Program-made: the position numbers and the translations under genes | Notes under the pieces: generated by a model | Database searches by the model: none | What the model was told of the DNA's origin: nothing | Seen by the model: the letters and a program-made list of their open reading frames with translations, nothing else | NCBI GenBank assembly: GCA_964016885.1 | Contig: OZ024750.1 | Coordinates: 13,392,001-13,456,000 of the forward strand | DNA from: Eledone cirrhosa | Taxonomy: Eukaryota | Length of the DNA: 64,000 nucleotides | Direction of reading: 5' to 3' | Shown here: piece by piece, positions 45,962 to 64,000 of the stretch | Position numbering within the stretch: the stretch's first letter is position 1 | Layout: the number at the start of each line of letters is the position of its first letter

Positions 45962-48469
45962 TCAGTGTTCTGGTTGGTCAGAAACATTACTGCTGTTATT
46001 CTGCAACTGTAATTCTTGTCGAATGTCCTTTGTTGAAGCAAGTAGATCTTTAAGCCGAGCGTAAAGTCCATCGCTCTGTTCTTCCAACGTTGACAAACAA
46101 GTATCCAGTTGGTCGAGGGTATTATTTAGGGAAACATACTCTGAAAATATAGATTTATGGACATGAGAGAAATAAAAGCATATATACTTCTTTAACCCTT
46201 TAGCATTTACATTAATCTATATTTATTATATTTTCATGGTAAAGTCTTTACCTCACATAATATCGAGTCTATGAGATTTATTTTGAGAACAATACCTTAA
46301 CATCAATATGAGCAGCCAGTTACTGCCGATTTGAACAGAAAGAGGTGAGAGAAATCTGGCTAGATACGGCTGGCTTAAATGCTAAAGGGTTCAAAGATGA
46401 ATTAGTAAAAAAGATTATAGATCAGTTTTAGAGACAAAGAACAATGAGAGTGCCACTATAAAAGGAACTCAATACACTCTGTAAAGTGGCTGACATTTTG
46501 AAGGTAAAGTATGCAAGCTAAAGAGAGCTCTTCAGAAATGATGGGGATATGACAACCTCTAGTGCTTGTGCAAAATTTCAAATGCTCTCAGGACGCCTAT
46601 AAAGTGGTTGGAGTTTGGGACGGGTAACCTTTCGGTAACTAGGCCAAAGGGTTGAGAGAACCCTACAAAACACATCAAAGCCATGGCAATTTTGCTAGTG
46701 CCATGTCTGCTTTATTAAACTGTAGCTGATATCAATTTCTTCTGCATCTATTAAAGAGTTCTTTTTTCTTTGACACTGTATTTTGGTCATTTGTCACTGG
46801 AGATAATTTTTTGGAAGTGATTAAGAATTATTTTGTGTTATTTATTTCTGTCCTATTGTTGGGACGAGATGGTGTAAGTATGAAATCTTTAAGGAATGTT
46901 TTGTTTTTGTTAATTTCTGTTTACAATTTATAAGGATATTTCGCTTTAGGTATATAAAATGGCAGAAAATAAAGTGAAAGTGAAATAATAAACTTTAAAA
47001 TGGAAGTGAATTCGTTGTTTTCTGAGAAAGAAATTAGTGCTTATTAATACACGTTTTCTGAGAAATACAACTGTGGACATATCAGAACACATACATGATA
47101 TTGAGATTTTGACAATAACAGAGTCTTTGTTAGCAGACAACATTGATATAATAGTAATAACAGGAGTTCTGGCTAAGTGCAGCAAATGATATTATAAAAG
47201 TAGCAGAAACCTTATGAAATTGATACAAGATAAATGTAAACAAGGTGAAAATGATATACCAGAAGGGCTTTAAATTGAAGTGCGGTCAACTAAACACAAG
47301 CGTAATTTATTTGAATTGATGGAGGTTTCTATCTTAGTATATTAGAAATTAAGAAGAATGGTCATCGTTTACTGTCCAACACCATCAAAAAGGAAAAAAA
47401 AAATTGAGAACACAAATTTTGTTTGTTTTTCTAGGAATTGGACCATCTGCTTGCTCATTACGCATTGTCACCAGACTCTCATATTGTCGTAGATTTTAAC
47501 TTCAAAGTGGATATACCTTGAAATACAGATAGAAAGGATTAATAAAACTAAACATAAAAATGGACACAACTTAAATCTCATATTTACACAAGTTAAGATA
47601 ACATAGACTGTGTTTAGAGATTCGTGACTATGTTGAAGGTTGTACATCGATGGGCTTGCTCCTTCTCAAATACATTGCTATAAACAGTGAAAAAGAGTGA
47701 CCAGTCTGTTTGAGATCAAGTAACAGACTTCTTCACCGTACCTATTACTAGAATCAAAAGCTGAGGTAGTCAGAGTTTTCCTCGAGCCAGATCCATCTCT
47801 CTGAAATGAGCTTTCCATGTTTGTACGAACTGCACCATCTGTGAAAGCTTTCAGATCAAATCTGAAGGCTCGACCTCTTCGGGAAATTCCACTAATGAAC
47901 ATCTCGGGGTTTACATGTATAAACGAATGAACGATTATAGTGCCTATGAACATATTTTCGCTTTGGTGGCTATATGGCACATTATAAGTCCCTTATTTAT
48001 TATTATTGATGTCAGACAAACTGTCAGTAGTAAAAGCGATGCCCACATGAAGGGACAATCCCCTAACCCTTTATTTTAAGGTTAGAATACAGGTAAGGCA
48101 TAATATTCCATTTCCCTCGAGCAGTAACCGATATTTTTTGTGTTGAAAGACGTGATTTGAGAAGGAAAAAAAACTCTTTAAAAGGTTTGAAATATTAAAA
48201 ATATCTAATATAAGAAAAGCATCGTCACAAAACAGACTTCGTTTGTGTAATACACACCCCATAATAGAGTGTCAACTTAACTACGTCTAAATAATTTTTT
48301 GTATCATAATTGATTAACTAAAATACAATAATATTTTTTTACCTTGGCTGCAATGCTCTACAATATCATCCAGTTCTCCCATATCCTCCGGATTTATTAC
48401 AACTTCGACATTTTTAGGAGACTTCATCTTATTTTCTGTATCACACATGTCACCGCCTCCACAAGACAT
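45962..48469 (-). CDS. BBLN: Bublin coiled-coil protein (C9orf16/UPF0184 family), 2 exons, about 101 aa
   Basis: Exon 1 at 48343-48469 (MSCGGGDMCDTENKMKSPKNVEVVINPEDMGELDDIVEHCSQ; several in-frame ATGs make the start uncertain) is joined by a phase-1 GT-AG intron to exon 2 at 45962-46140 (EYVSLNNTLDQLDTCLSTLEEQSDGLYARLKDLLASTKDIRQELQ...). This matches the family pattern EYxxINxxLDQINSCLDxLEEKNDxLHARLQELLESN recalled from human C9orf16. Not present in the ORF track. Confidence 0.85.
47680..47890 (+). mobile_element. L2/CR1-group LINE ORF2 C-terminal relic in the BBLN intron
   Basis: Plus strand RVF...PSL*NELSMFVRTAPSVKAFRSNLK resembles the L2 C-terminus PSLWNxLPxxIRxAxSxxxFKxxLKT. Confidence 0.6.
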
Positions 48470-49537
48470 CTTAATGATCACGTGTTAGTCCGGAATAAAA
48501 CATTCGTTGATTCGTCAAAATTACTAACCTTAACAACCAATCACAGAGCCTTTTTCAAATCTCTATTATTCAATTGTAAAATTTACAATATCTTTGGCAA
48601 AAGCTGTTGGTAAGTAAAATCGCTATTCCATCCCAAAGCATCCTTGTTAACATTCTGTAATTTGTTCAAAATTTTATTTAATTAATTATTCACTACTTAA
48701 CCTGTTTCATTTTTTAGATTAAAAAAAAAAGTGTTTAGTTTTATTTTTCTCGTTTAATCATAAACGTCTTCGCGGTGCAATTGACCTTTCCCTATACAGT
48801 TATGAACTATTTTCATTATTTTAATATAAATAAGTATCAGATTCGAATCTAATTTTGAAAAGAAATTGAGAAAAAATGTAATGCAATATTTTAAGCATCT
48901 ATTTTACTATCGTTTCTAATTGTTGCCACAGTAAATACAAACTTGGCCTTTTTTTTTTATATCTTTGCTGATGCGTCGCCATTTTCTACCTTGCTCCTCG
49001 TTTAAATTACTTCTCAGCCGCCTTTTAAATAAATTATTGCATCGATTTATTTGGTATAATATTGCATTGATTATCCTTTAGTGAATAAATGGCCAAATGG
49101 TGTTGAAATTTTTCTCGTATTTGTAGGGGTAAAATGCCATTGTTTGTTGAACGAAGTGTGTAATAATATCTTTGCTTTCTTCTCCCACATGCCGGCTTAA
49201 ATGGCTGTACAATAGTGAGAAATATATTTCTAGAGATCATAAGTTGTTCACTACCAAAATTACTTTGTTCCAGTTATCACTTGAGTGTAATCGTTGTGTT
49301 TAACTTTGTAAATAGTTCACAATAAATATATTGTATATATCTATATTTATTGAGGGGTAAATATTATTAACACTCTAAGATTTTCAAAACGGTTTTCTTG
49401 CAGCTTTCCTAAGATTTATTGTAATTGTATACCTTGCATCTTTCTAATTTCTGTTTATTTTTGGCATATTAAGATTTAATTAGATTTTATTTTTGTTTGT
49501 TGGTTTGTGTGTAAATTAATGTTATTTGTTTTTACAG
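48470..49537. promoter_or_regulatory. Putative bidirectional promoter between BBLN and DDX39, with YY1-like GTCGCCATTTT at 48975-48985
   Basis: Head-to-head start codons 1.1 kb apart, small CpG-containing patches, a consensus-like YY1 site and no recognisable repeat insertion. Confidence 0.5.
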
Positions 49538-49562
49538 AACTGTCAACAATTTAAAAGTAGCC

Positions 49563-56715
<7,153 letters not shown>

Positions 56716-57248
56716 ACAAATACTAGATTCTGAAGCTGTGTGGATGAAGTGTGCATGTCTGTGAGAATCATTTTAAAATTTACATGGGAATAACCATAAA
56801 CATCCCTCATTTTTAAATGTAACCAATTCCTATGTATTTAACGTTTCTTTTTACTTTGTTAATTTTTTTTTTTCAATTTAATTGTATAATTCTATTTGGA
56901 TTCAAAATGGTCCTTTTGTCTTTGCATTCAGTTTATTATCAGCATGGTTTATTCTCCTTTTAAATCATGCTTCCTATTGGTAATTTTAGAACCATCTCAA
57001 GCTAGCATTTAACTTTAACTCTTTTTAAAGTTAAAAGCAGTAGCTTTTTTTTTTAATTTCATTTTCTCATTTCAAAGTTATTTAGAGACTAATTTTTATA
57101 TATATAGCTTTTTTCTTTTTTTTTTTTTCCTTTTTTCGAACACATTTTATAAGTTGTAAAACCAAATTTTATGTTTTTATCAACTCATTTTATTGGCTTA
57201 AAGTTCTGGGGAATTTTCCATGGTGAACATAAACTGGATGCTGTTTTT

Positions 57249-57260
57249 AATAAAATAAAA
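57249..57260 (+). terminator. Probable DDX39 polyadenylation signal
   Basis: Overlapping AATAAA hexamers about 530 nt after the stop, followed by a T-rich tract. Confidence 0.55.
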
Positions 57261-60078
57261 ATATGCAATTTGAAAAATGGATTTTTTTTTTTTTTTTTTT
57301 TTTTTTTAACCCTTTCATGACCACATTTCTAATGAAATACACTATTTTAATTAATTAATTAATGAATTGTGAGGGATTGACTAAAATTATTATTTCATTC
57401 CTAAGATAGTAACTTAATGTAAGTTTCTTATATAAAATTATATTGGAAACCTTTGAAAATGGATGGTTTTATTTCATAGAACCAGAGCCGGGTTGGTAAC
57501 TAAAGGGTTAAAGAATTTACTTTCTGTATAAAGATTATCGAATCTATGAGATTTTAATATTATTTATTTTGAGAACAATACCTTAATGTCAATATGAGGT
57601 ACCGGTTTGAACAAAAAGAGGTGTGAGAATTTTGGCTAGTTATGGCTGGTTTGAATGCTAAAGGATTAAGCTATGCTTCAAACACTGGTTTAATGATAAG
57701 AGAGTTGGTTACATTGTCAAATCCCTACAAATTCTTAATTATTTGAAAAGTATATACAGTGCCTTATTAAAAAATATAGGAACAAGGATTAAGTAATTGC
57801 TGCTTTAAATTTGAAATTGTACTCTCCTACCGCTATGTGGAGAGTACAAATGGTTTTATGAGTGATTGACATACAAATTGTGGCTGTCACCAGCAGTCAA
57901 GTTAGACTTGGTGATGTTTCATGCTTTCACTAGTATTTTTGATACCCATACAGTAAGTAGCAACTACATTAAAACTTTTTCATACCAAACTCTAAAACTC
58001 ACTCTCATCCTACAATACAGAACTGTTTCAAATTTGAAATGTCATCCCAATGCAGATCTCTATAAATAATAGTTGAAAAAATCAGGTAAGGTATTTCTGA
58101 GGATAAAAAATTGTATACAGAGATATCACTGTCCCCTTTTTTTCATCTCCAAGGGTACTTTACTTAATTTTTACAACTATGCCCAGCCCATACAGTAAAT
58201 GTAGTTGGCATTAGGAAGGGCATCTAGCCTTAAAAACTAAGCCACCAGACCTGGGACAACTCGACTAACCCATGCTAGCATGGAAAACATGTTAAACTGT
58301 GATGACAATTGATTCAGTAAAATATCGAAGATGTGGCAGTGTTGCGCTTGCCTGGTCAGACCCTGAAAAGGTGACGGATTGGATGATGGGTTTTCAGCAA
58401 GCCAGAACAAGTATCAAAACATGTTCTATGGATTCTCTCAATTGATTTCTTTATTAGATATTAAATGTGATAAAATTCAACAGATTCGAATGTTTGTAAA
58501 AATACTATCCCTGCACAATGTGTGTGAAATAAATGATTACAATTTGCATTACTGCAAGAAAGATAACCATGAGATGTAGGTAGGGTGCATACATATATAA
58601 ACATTTTCCACTCCCGGGAAAGATCTAGTTTCTGCCACCCGAGGACGAACAAATTTAGGAAGCTCCCAACAAATGATAAATGTGCGAAAACAACAAAGCA
58701 TGGATGAACTGAGGGAGAAACTGGGTATAAGAGGAATCAGAAGTAGTATGCAGGAGAGGAGACTGCATTGGTAGAGATATGGATGATGAGTGAAGTGTCA
58801 AGTGATGCCATGGTAAGAGCTGACAAAGGAACACAAGTAGAGAGATATACTGAGAAGGAACTGTCCAACCCATGCACGTGTGGAATGATGGCACTAGTTC
58901 CAATACAAAAGGTAAGCTAAATATAACAAGTCAATAATGTCATGTGGCATTTTAAGCTTGGTGGAGCCCATCTTTCTCCAGGTGTACATACAGCAGGGTA
59001 GAAAGTGATATAGAGGAAGAATCGACCCCAGTACTAGACTGGCATATTTTTACTGACCTCGAAAGGATGAAAGGCAAAGTTGACCTAGAGAGTTGGAACA
59101 AATACCACACAGCATTCTATCCGACGTTGACTACACAAAACATCAGTAACAACAGAAAAAAATATTTACTATTTATATTTAGACTTTATTGAACTTTTTA
59201 CTTACAAGAAAAGAAAACAGCAATTCGAGAAGTTATCAAAGTATAATTAGAATTAATATCAGTGAGATCTTTAAAAAAAAATCTCTTGAAATACAAATTA
59301 CAGTATTAGAAAAATTAAATATTAAAAAGGTATTTTTGAATTTGTAGATCTAATATAATAATCCAAATAGTTTATTGTTCAGGAACCCAAAGCAACATAT
59401 TTGCAGAATAGGTATTAGCCATTAACCAGAAGTTATACACCCTTATGTGCTTCTGAAATTAACTCAAAAATGAAACGGATGTTTTAAAAAAGTATTGAAG
59501 TGTATTTACTTCACATTAAAAATATATATATATGCAGAACAAAATTCAAGCACAAGGTTTTCTATTTTATAAGGAGATTATGGAATTCTTAATGTCTTCA
59601 CAATTACTTTTTGATGTTTCTGTGGAAATAATCCAACATATAAACAATTAGATGCTATTAAACTGGCTTTTGAAGAATTAAATCCACTATCTAGTTTCAA
59701 AACAAAATTTAGTCTCAATAAGAATTTTATGCTTAGAATTATTTTGTTGAGAAACCAATGCTGAAGTTTACACAGCGATAGCAAATTTGGTAAAGAAAAC
59801 TATACAAGTAGCTCTAATGCAATTAAACAAACATAATCACTACGAGATTAAGTGACAAACGAAGATGATGAGTCATTAATACTGATCACAATTACTGTTT
59901 CATCTCTCAATCTAGATAATAAAATTAGGAGACAAAGCAAGTCGAATAGAACAGACATAGCTTTGACCGTTTCCTCACTCAATGGACAACTAAGTTTGTA
60001 TTATTAAAATTCAAACTCAGCTGGCCAAAGTGAACACTTTCGTGAAACAGTGAGGAAGACGACTTCACGAAGGTAAGA

Positions 60079-60730
60079 TATACATTTTTATATATATATT
60101 TATGTACATTTTTATATATATATTTATGTACATTTTTATATATATATTTATGTACATTTTTATATATATATTTATGTACATTTTTATATATATATTTATG
60201 TACATTTTTATATATATATTCATGTACATTTTTATATATATATTCATGTACATTTTTATATATATATTTATGTACATTTTTATATATATATTTATGTACA
60301 TTTTTATATATATATTCATGTACATTTTTATATATATATTCATGTACATTTATATATATATATTCATGTACATTTATATATATATATTCATGTACATTTA
60401 TATATATATATATATATTCATGTACATTTATATATATATATATATTCATGTACATTTATATATATATATATATTCATGTACATGTTTATATTTATCTATA
60501 TATATATATATACATTTATATTTATATATATATATATACATTTATATATATATATATTTGTGTGTATATATATATATACATTTATATATATATATATTTG
60601 TGTGTTTATATATATATATATTTGTGTGTATATATATATATATATTTGTGTGTATATATATATATATATATATTTGTGTGTATATATATATATATTTGTG
60701 TGTATATATATATATATTTGTGTGTATATA

Positions 60731-60763
<33 letters not shown>

Positions 60764-60900
60764 TTGTGTATATATATATATATATATATTTGTGTATATA
60801 TATATATATATATATATTTGTGTATATATATATATATATATATATTTGTGTATATATATATATATATATATATTTGTATATATATATATATATATATATT

Positions 60901-60973
<73 letters not shown>

Positions 60974-61135
60974 GTATATATATATATATATATTTGTGTA
61001 TATATATATATATATATTTGTGTATATATATATATATATTTGTGTATATATATATATATATTTGTGTATATATATATATATATATATTTGTGTATATATA
61101 TATATATATATATTTGTGTATATATATATATATAT
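60079..61135. repeat. TA-rich compound satellite: 24-bp unit CATTTTTATATATATATT(T/C)ATGTA grading into (TA)nTTTGTG
   Basis: Directly visible. It generates the long spurious YIYI ORFs. Confidence 0.95.
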
Positions 61136-62340
61136 AATCTTCCTTTCAACTTCTCTTCTTTCTCATGGTTATTTTGTACTATTATATGCTAATGCTGACA
61201 ATCATTGGTTTTCTCAGATTTCTACTGTTTTACTTATAAATATTTGTGTTGAATAAGTAAGCACTAACGTTTCTCATATCGGGTACTTTTGTTTACCCCA
61301 GAATGAAATTGGCCTTGCTTGCAAACTGTAAGACATTATGTCAATATTTTAAAATGTAACTTTCCTGTCATTTGAAAATCTGCCTATTCTTGTATCATAT
61401 TTAAACAAGTTATTGTCAGATCAAAACATGTTTGTCTATATATTTTGAACAGTGTATATTTTTTAAAATTTCCTGTGAAATTTAACATACTTTAAAATAA
61501 ACCTGATCCAAGGAAAGAAACGCTACTAAATTAAAAGATTAATTTACAAGTCACTCAGTGAAAAGGGAAACTACTCAGATATATAGGTAGGGAAATAAAA
61601 TGATCATTTATATAAAAAATTAAACTAACTTTAAGCAAACAAATATAAGGAATTATTCTAGTAAAATATTCTTTTAAAACAGCTGGACGGATTATTTAAA
61701 AAACGTCTCCATATATAAACTGAAATGTTCAATAAGCCAATATATAAATAGGATTCTTAACTAAAGAAAAGGAAAATTTCTTTTCATTAAAAATAACATG
61801 CCATTTTTGGCAAGGAAAAAGATACTATAAAAAAAAAGACGTAAAAAGCCTTGAAAATATTACATAAGGTTAAAATCTTTGAAATCAAATATAATTTAAA
61901 AGTATCAAAAAGGAAATAGCTAAAGTAAAATATGAAGGTGTGTAAATTGTACAGCGGATAAGTTCAATCTGCTCAATTACTAACAGTTTAAGGAATGATG
62001 ACAGCTGATACTAAAATGTGAAGAAACTGCTGAAAATAAATAAGTTTATACTGAATTCTATGAATCTTTTCTGGAAAGTAGTAGAAATATTTTAAGTGTA
62101 TCAATAAAAATCTAAATGTATACAAAAAGTAAAACAATTGCTTAAATTATCACTTCACACAAAAGTCAAGGGGAAAAATACAAGCAAAAATTCTTCCATT
62201 AAAATATCCACACTCAAAAGCAAGTTTATATTGGAAGAAATGGCAAGTCTAAAAATGTTTTGGATTTTTCTTTTCTGGGTGTCTAAGATGAACAATCCAG
62301 TCAGAAATTAATCTAAAGTTTTGTTAACATTATAAATTAT

Positions 62341-64000
62341 TTAAGGATCACTAGTAGCATCAAACTGTGTGTTCAGCTTGCTGCAGGGTAAGGCTTCGCT
62401 GTCTCCAGCTAATTCATTCTTCTTTTCAAGATGATCAAAGAAAGCAGCTCCTGGGGTAAGTTGATCATTCATAGCATCTTCAAGTTGGTCATTTGACAAC
62501 GGTTGTAATACACTTGGTATATCCTCAACTTGAAGTTGATCACTGCCTGATGAAACAAACTCAAGTTGGTTTGATAGTGGTGAATGATTTGTATCATTGG
62601 GGGATTTAGGAAGCAAACCATTTGACTTCACAGGAATTTCACAGTCTGAAAACTTTACTTTAGAAGGAATATCCCCATCTCCTTTTTCAGGAAAACAATG
62701 GTTTTCCTTCTCAACTGCCAAAGAAACGGCAGTTACTGAAGGGTCTTCAGCATTATGAGATTCATCATCATCTTCATCATCTTCATCACTTCCAATTTTT
62801 GAAAATGGCTTTGTCTCACTAACAGCAAGCTCAATTTTCATTGGTACACCTTTATCCAGATTATCTTTGCCTGAACAAGATGGAAATCCATTTGGTAGTT
62901 CGTCTGCATTCCCATATTTATTCTTGTCCTTTACTTCAATTTCTACATCAGACAACTTCTTGTGGCAAGATAACAAAGAACTTCTGGTGGGTAAGTCTCC
63001 ATCTGCTAGCAGCTGGGTTCCTGGTGCCACCAAAGTAGCTTCTGAATCATTGGTTAGTTGATCTAATATTGAAGTGTCATCAGAAAGTTCATTAAAAAGT
63101 GCTAATTTTTCAAGTAAACCTTTAGATAAAGTATTTTCACCGAGATCTTCTTTCAGTCTCCAGTAAGAAAGTTCATTGTACAGGATGTCAGATATTTTCT
63201 TAACTATTTTATGAGAGCAATCTGCCACTGATTGGTTTTTGAACTCTATTAGATTATCATAAAGATTAGAGATAAAGTGGTTGAAATTGATGTCTTGTTC
63301 AGAAAAGGACTGACGCAATAAAACCAATACCTTTTGTTGAATGTCATTAATAAGAAAGCCAGAAGATGTTTCATCTTTGTGAAAGTTGATTATTGGAACT
63401 AGTTGTTTAGAAATTTCCTTAATTATTTCTGAGACATGCTGGTTATCACTTTTTATAGCTGCCATATCTGAAACAGAGCTCTCAGTTCCTTGGTCCACAG
63501 CACTGTGGCTTGGACGGCTTGGTTCTCTATTTAGCAGTTTTTCTTTACATTCAGTTTTTTGTTGTTTTGTTGCTTGATTTAATGCTTTCTTTAAATTTAT
63601 AGCAGATTCGCCCAATGAATCTTTAGCAAAATGTAGGTCTGTAATTGAAACAGGAGCTGACATCCTTGTTCCTTCATTATCAAATTCCCCAACTGGTAAA
63701 GAATCGTGGGTTTTCCTTCTTAATGCTTCATGTACTTTAGGATTACTAGGAATAACTACAACTCTGTTAGATGCCAGACAACGATCATCAAGTTTAGGAT
63801 TATAACTTCTATGTTTTGATTGCTCATGTTCTAATAGAGCATCTACAATATGCATTATGCGATCCCGTTTTACATTAGAATCAAAACTCTGGAGTTTCTG
63901 AAATAAAGAGATCATATATTTAGGATGTTTTTCATTCTGGGAAATAAGTTTTGCCACTTCTGCATAGATATCTGACTTGAGAGAGTCAAAACTATTAGAA
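62341..64000 (-). CDS. PCM1: Pericentriolar material 1, C-terminal part (5' portion outside the window)
   Basis: Open frame from the window edge to TAA at 62341-62343. SLKSDIYAEVAKLISQNEKHPKYMISLFQKLQ, DCSHKIVKKISDILYNELSYWRLKEDL and ETKPFSKIGSDEDDEDDDE match PCM1_C domain blocks recalled from vertebrate PCM1 (IYSEVATLISQNESRPHFLIELFHELQ, ISEVLFNELAFFKLMQDL, YGSGEDENEDEE). Confidence 0.88.
   Translation of the reverse strand, partial: SNSFDSLKSDIYAEVAKLISQNEKHPKYMISLFQKLQSFDSNVKRDRIMHIVDALLEHEQSKHRSYNPKLDDRCLASNRVVVIPSNPKVHEALRRKTHDSLPVGEFDNEGTRMSAPVSITDLHFAKDSLGESAINLKKALNQATKQQKTECKEKLLNREPSRPSHSAVDQGTESSVSDMAAIKSDNQHVSEIIKEISKQLVPIINFHKDETSSGFLINDIQQKVLVLLRQSFSEQDINFNHFISNLYDNLIEFKNQSVADCSHKIVKKISDILYNELSYWRLKEDLGENTLSKGLLEKLALFNELSDDTSILDQLTNDSEATLVAPGTQLLADGDLPTRSSLLSCHKKLSDVEIEVKDKNKYGNADELPNGFPSCSGKDNLDKGVPMKIELAVSETKPFSKIGSDEDDEDDDESHNAEDPSVTAVSLAVEKENHCFPEKGDGDIPSKVKFSDCEIPVKSNGLLPKSPNDTNHSPLSNQLEFVSSGSDQLQVEDIPSVLQPLSNDQLEDAMNDQLTPGAAFFDHLEKKNELAGDSEALPCSKLNTQFDATSDP

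Noticed and set aside
59979-61256. Long ORFs of up to 384 aa (YIYI/MYIF)
   Set aside because: They are translations of a TA-rich satellite that happens to lack stop codons.

Overview
AT-rich, intron-rich animal genomic DNA. The dense microsatellites and tRNA-derived SINEs suggest an octopus or other coleoid cephalopod, which is an inference from repeat style. Bases 1-11.5 kb are almost entirely repeats: tandem SINE arrays, MITEs, LINE relics and microsatellites. Five spliced genes follow, reconstructed by hand from GT-AG boundaries with consistent reading phase: cytosolic valyl-tRNA synthetase VARS (-, 27 coding exons, about 1051 aa), PTGES2 (+, 6 exons, about 402 aa), BBLN/C9orf16 (-, 2 exons, about 101 aa, missed by the ORF track), DDX39/UAP56 (+, 9 coding exons, about 427 aa) and the 3' end of PCM1 (-, one long terminal exon). 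The main observation is the compact block VARS-PTGES2-BBLN-DDX39. It interleaves genes that in human lie on two MHC paralogons (6p21.3 and 9q34.11), so it is a candidate pre-duplication proto-MHC microsynteny. Other observations include possible splicing-based regulation in DDX39, a degenerate PCM1 LIR motif, a near-perfect intronic hairpin, serial same-site SINE insertion and SINE-derived minisatellites. No prokaryotic system or CRISPR array is supported, and most short ORFs in the track are repeat artefacts.
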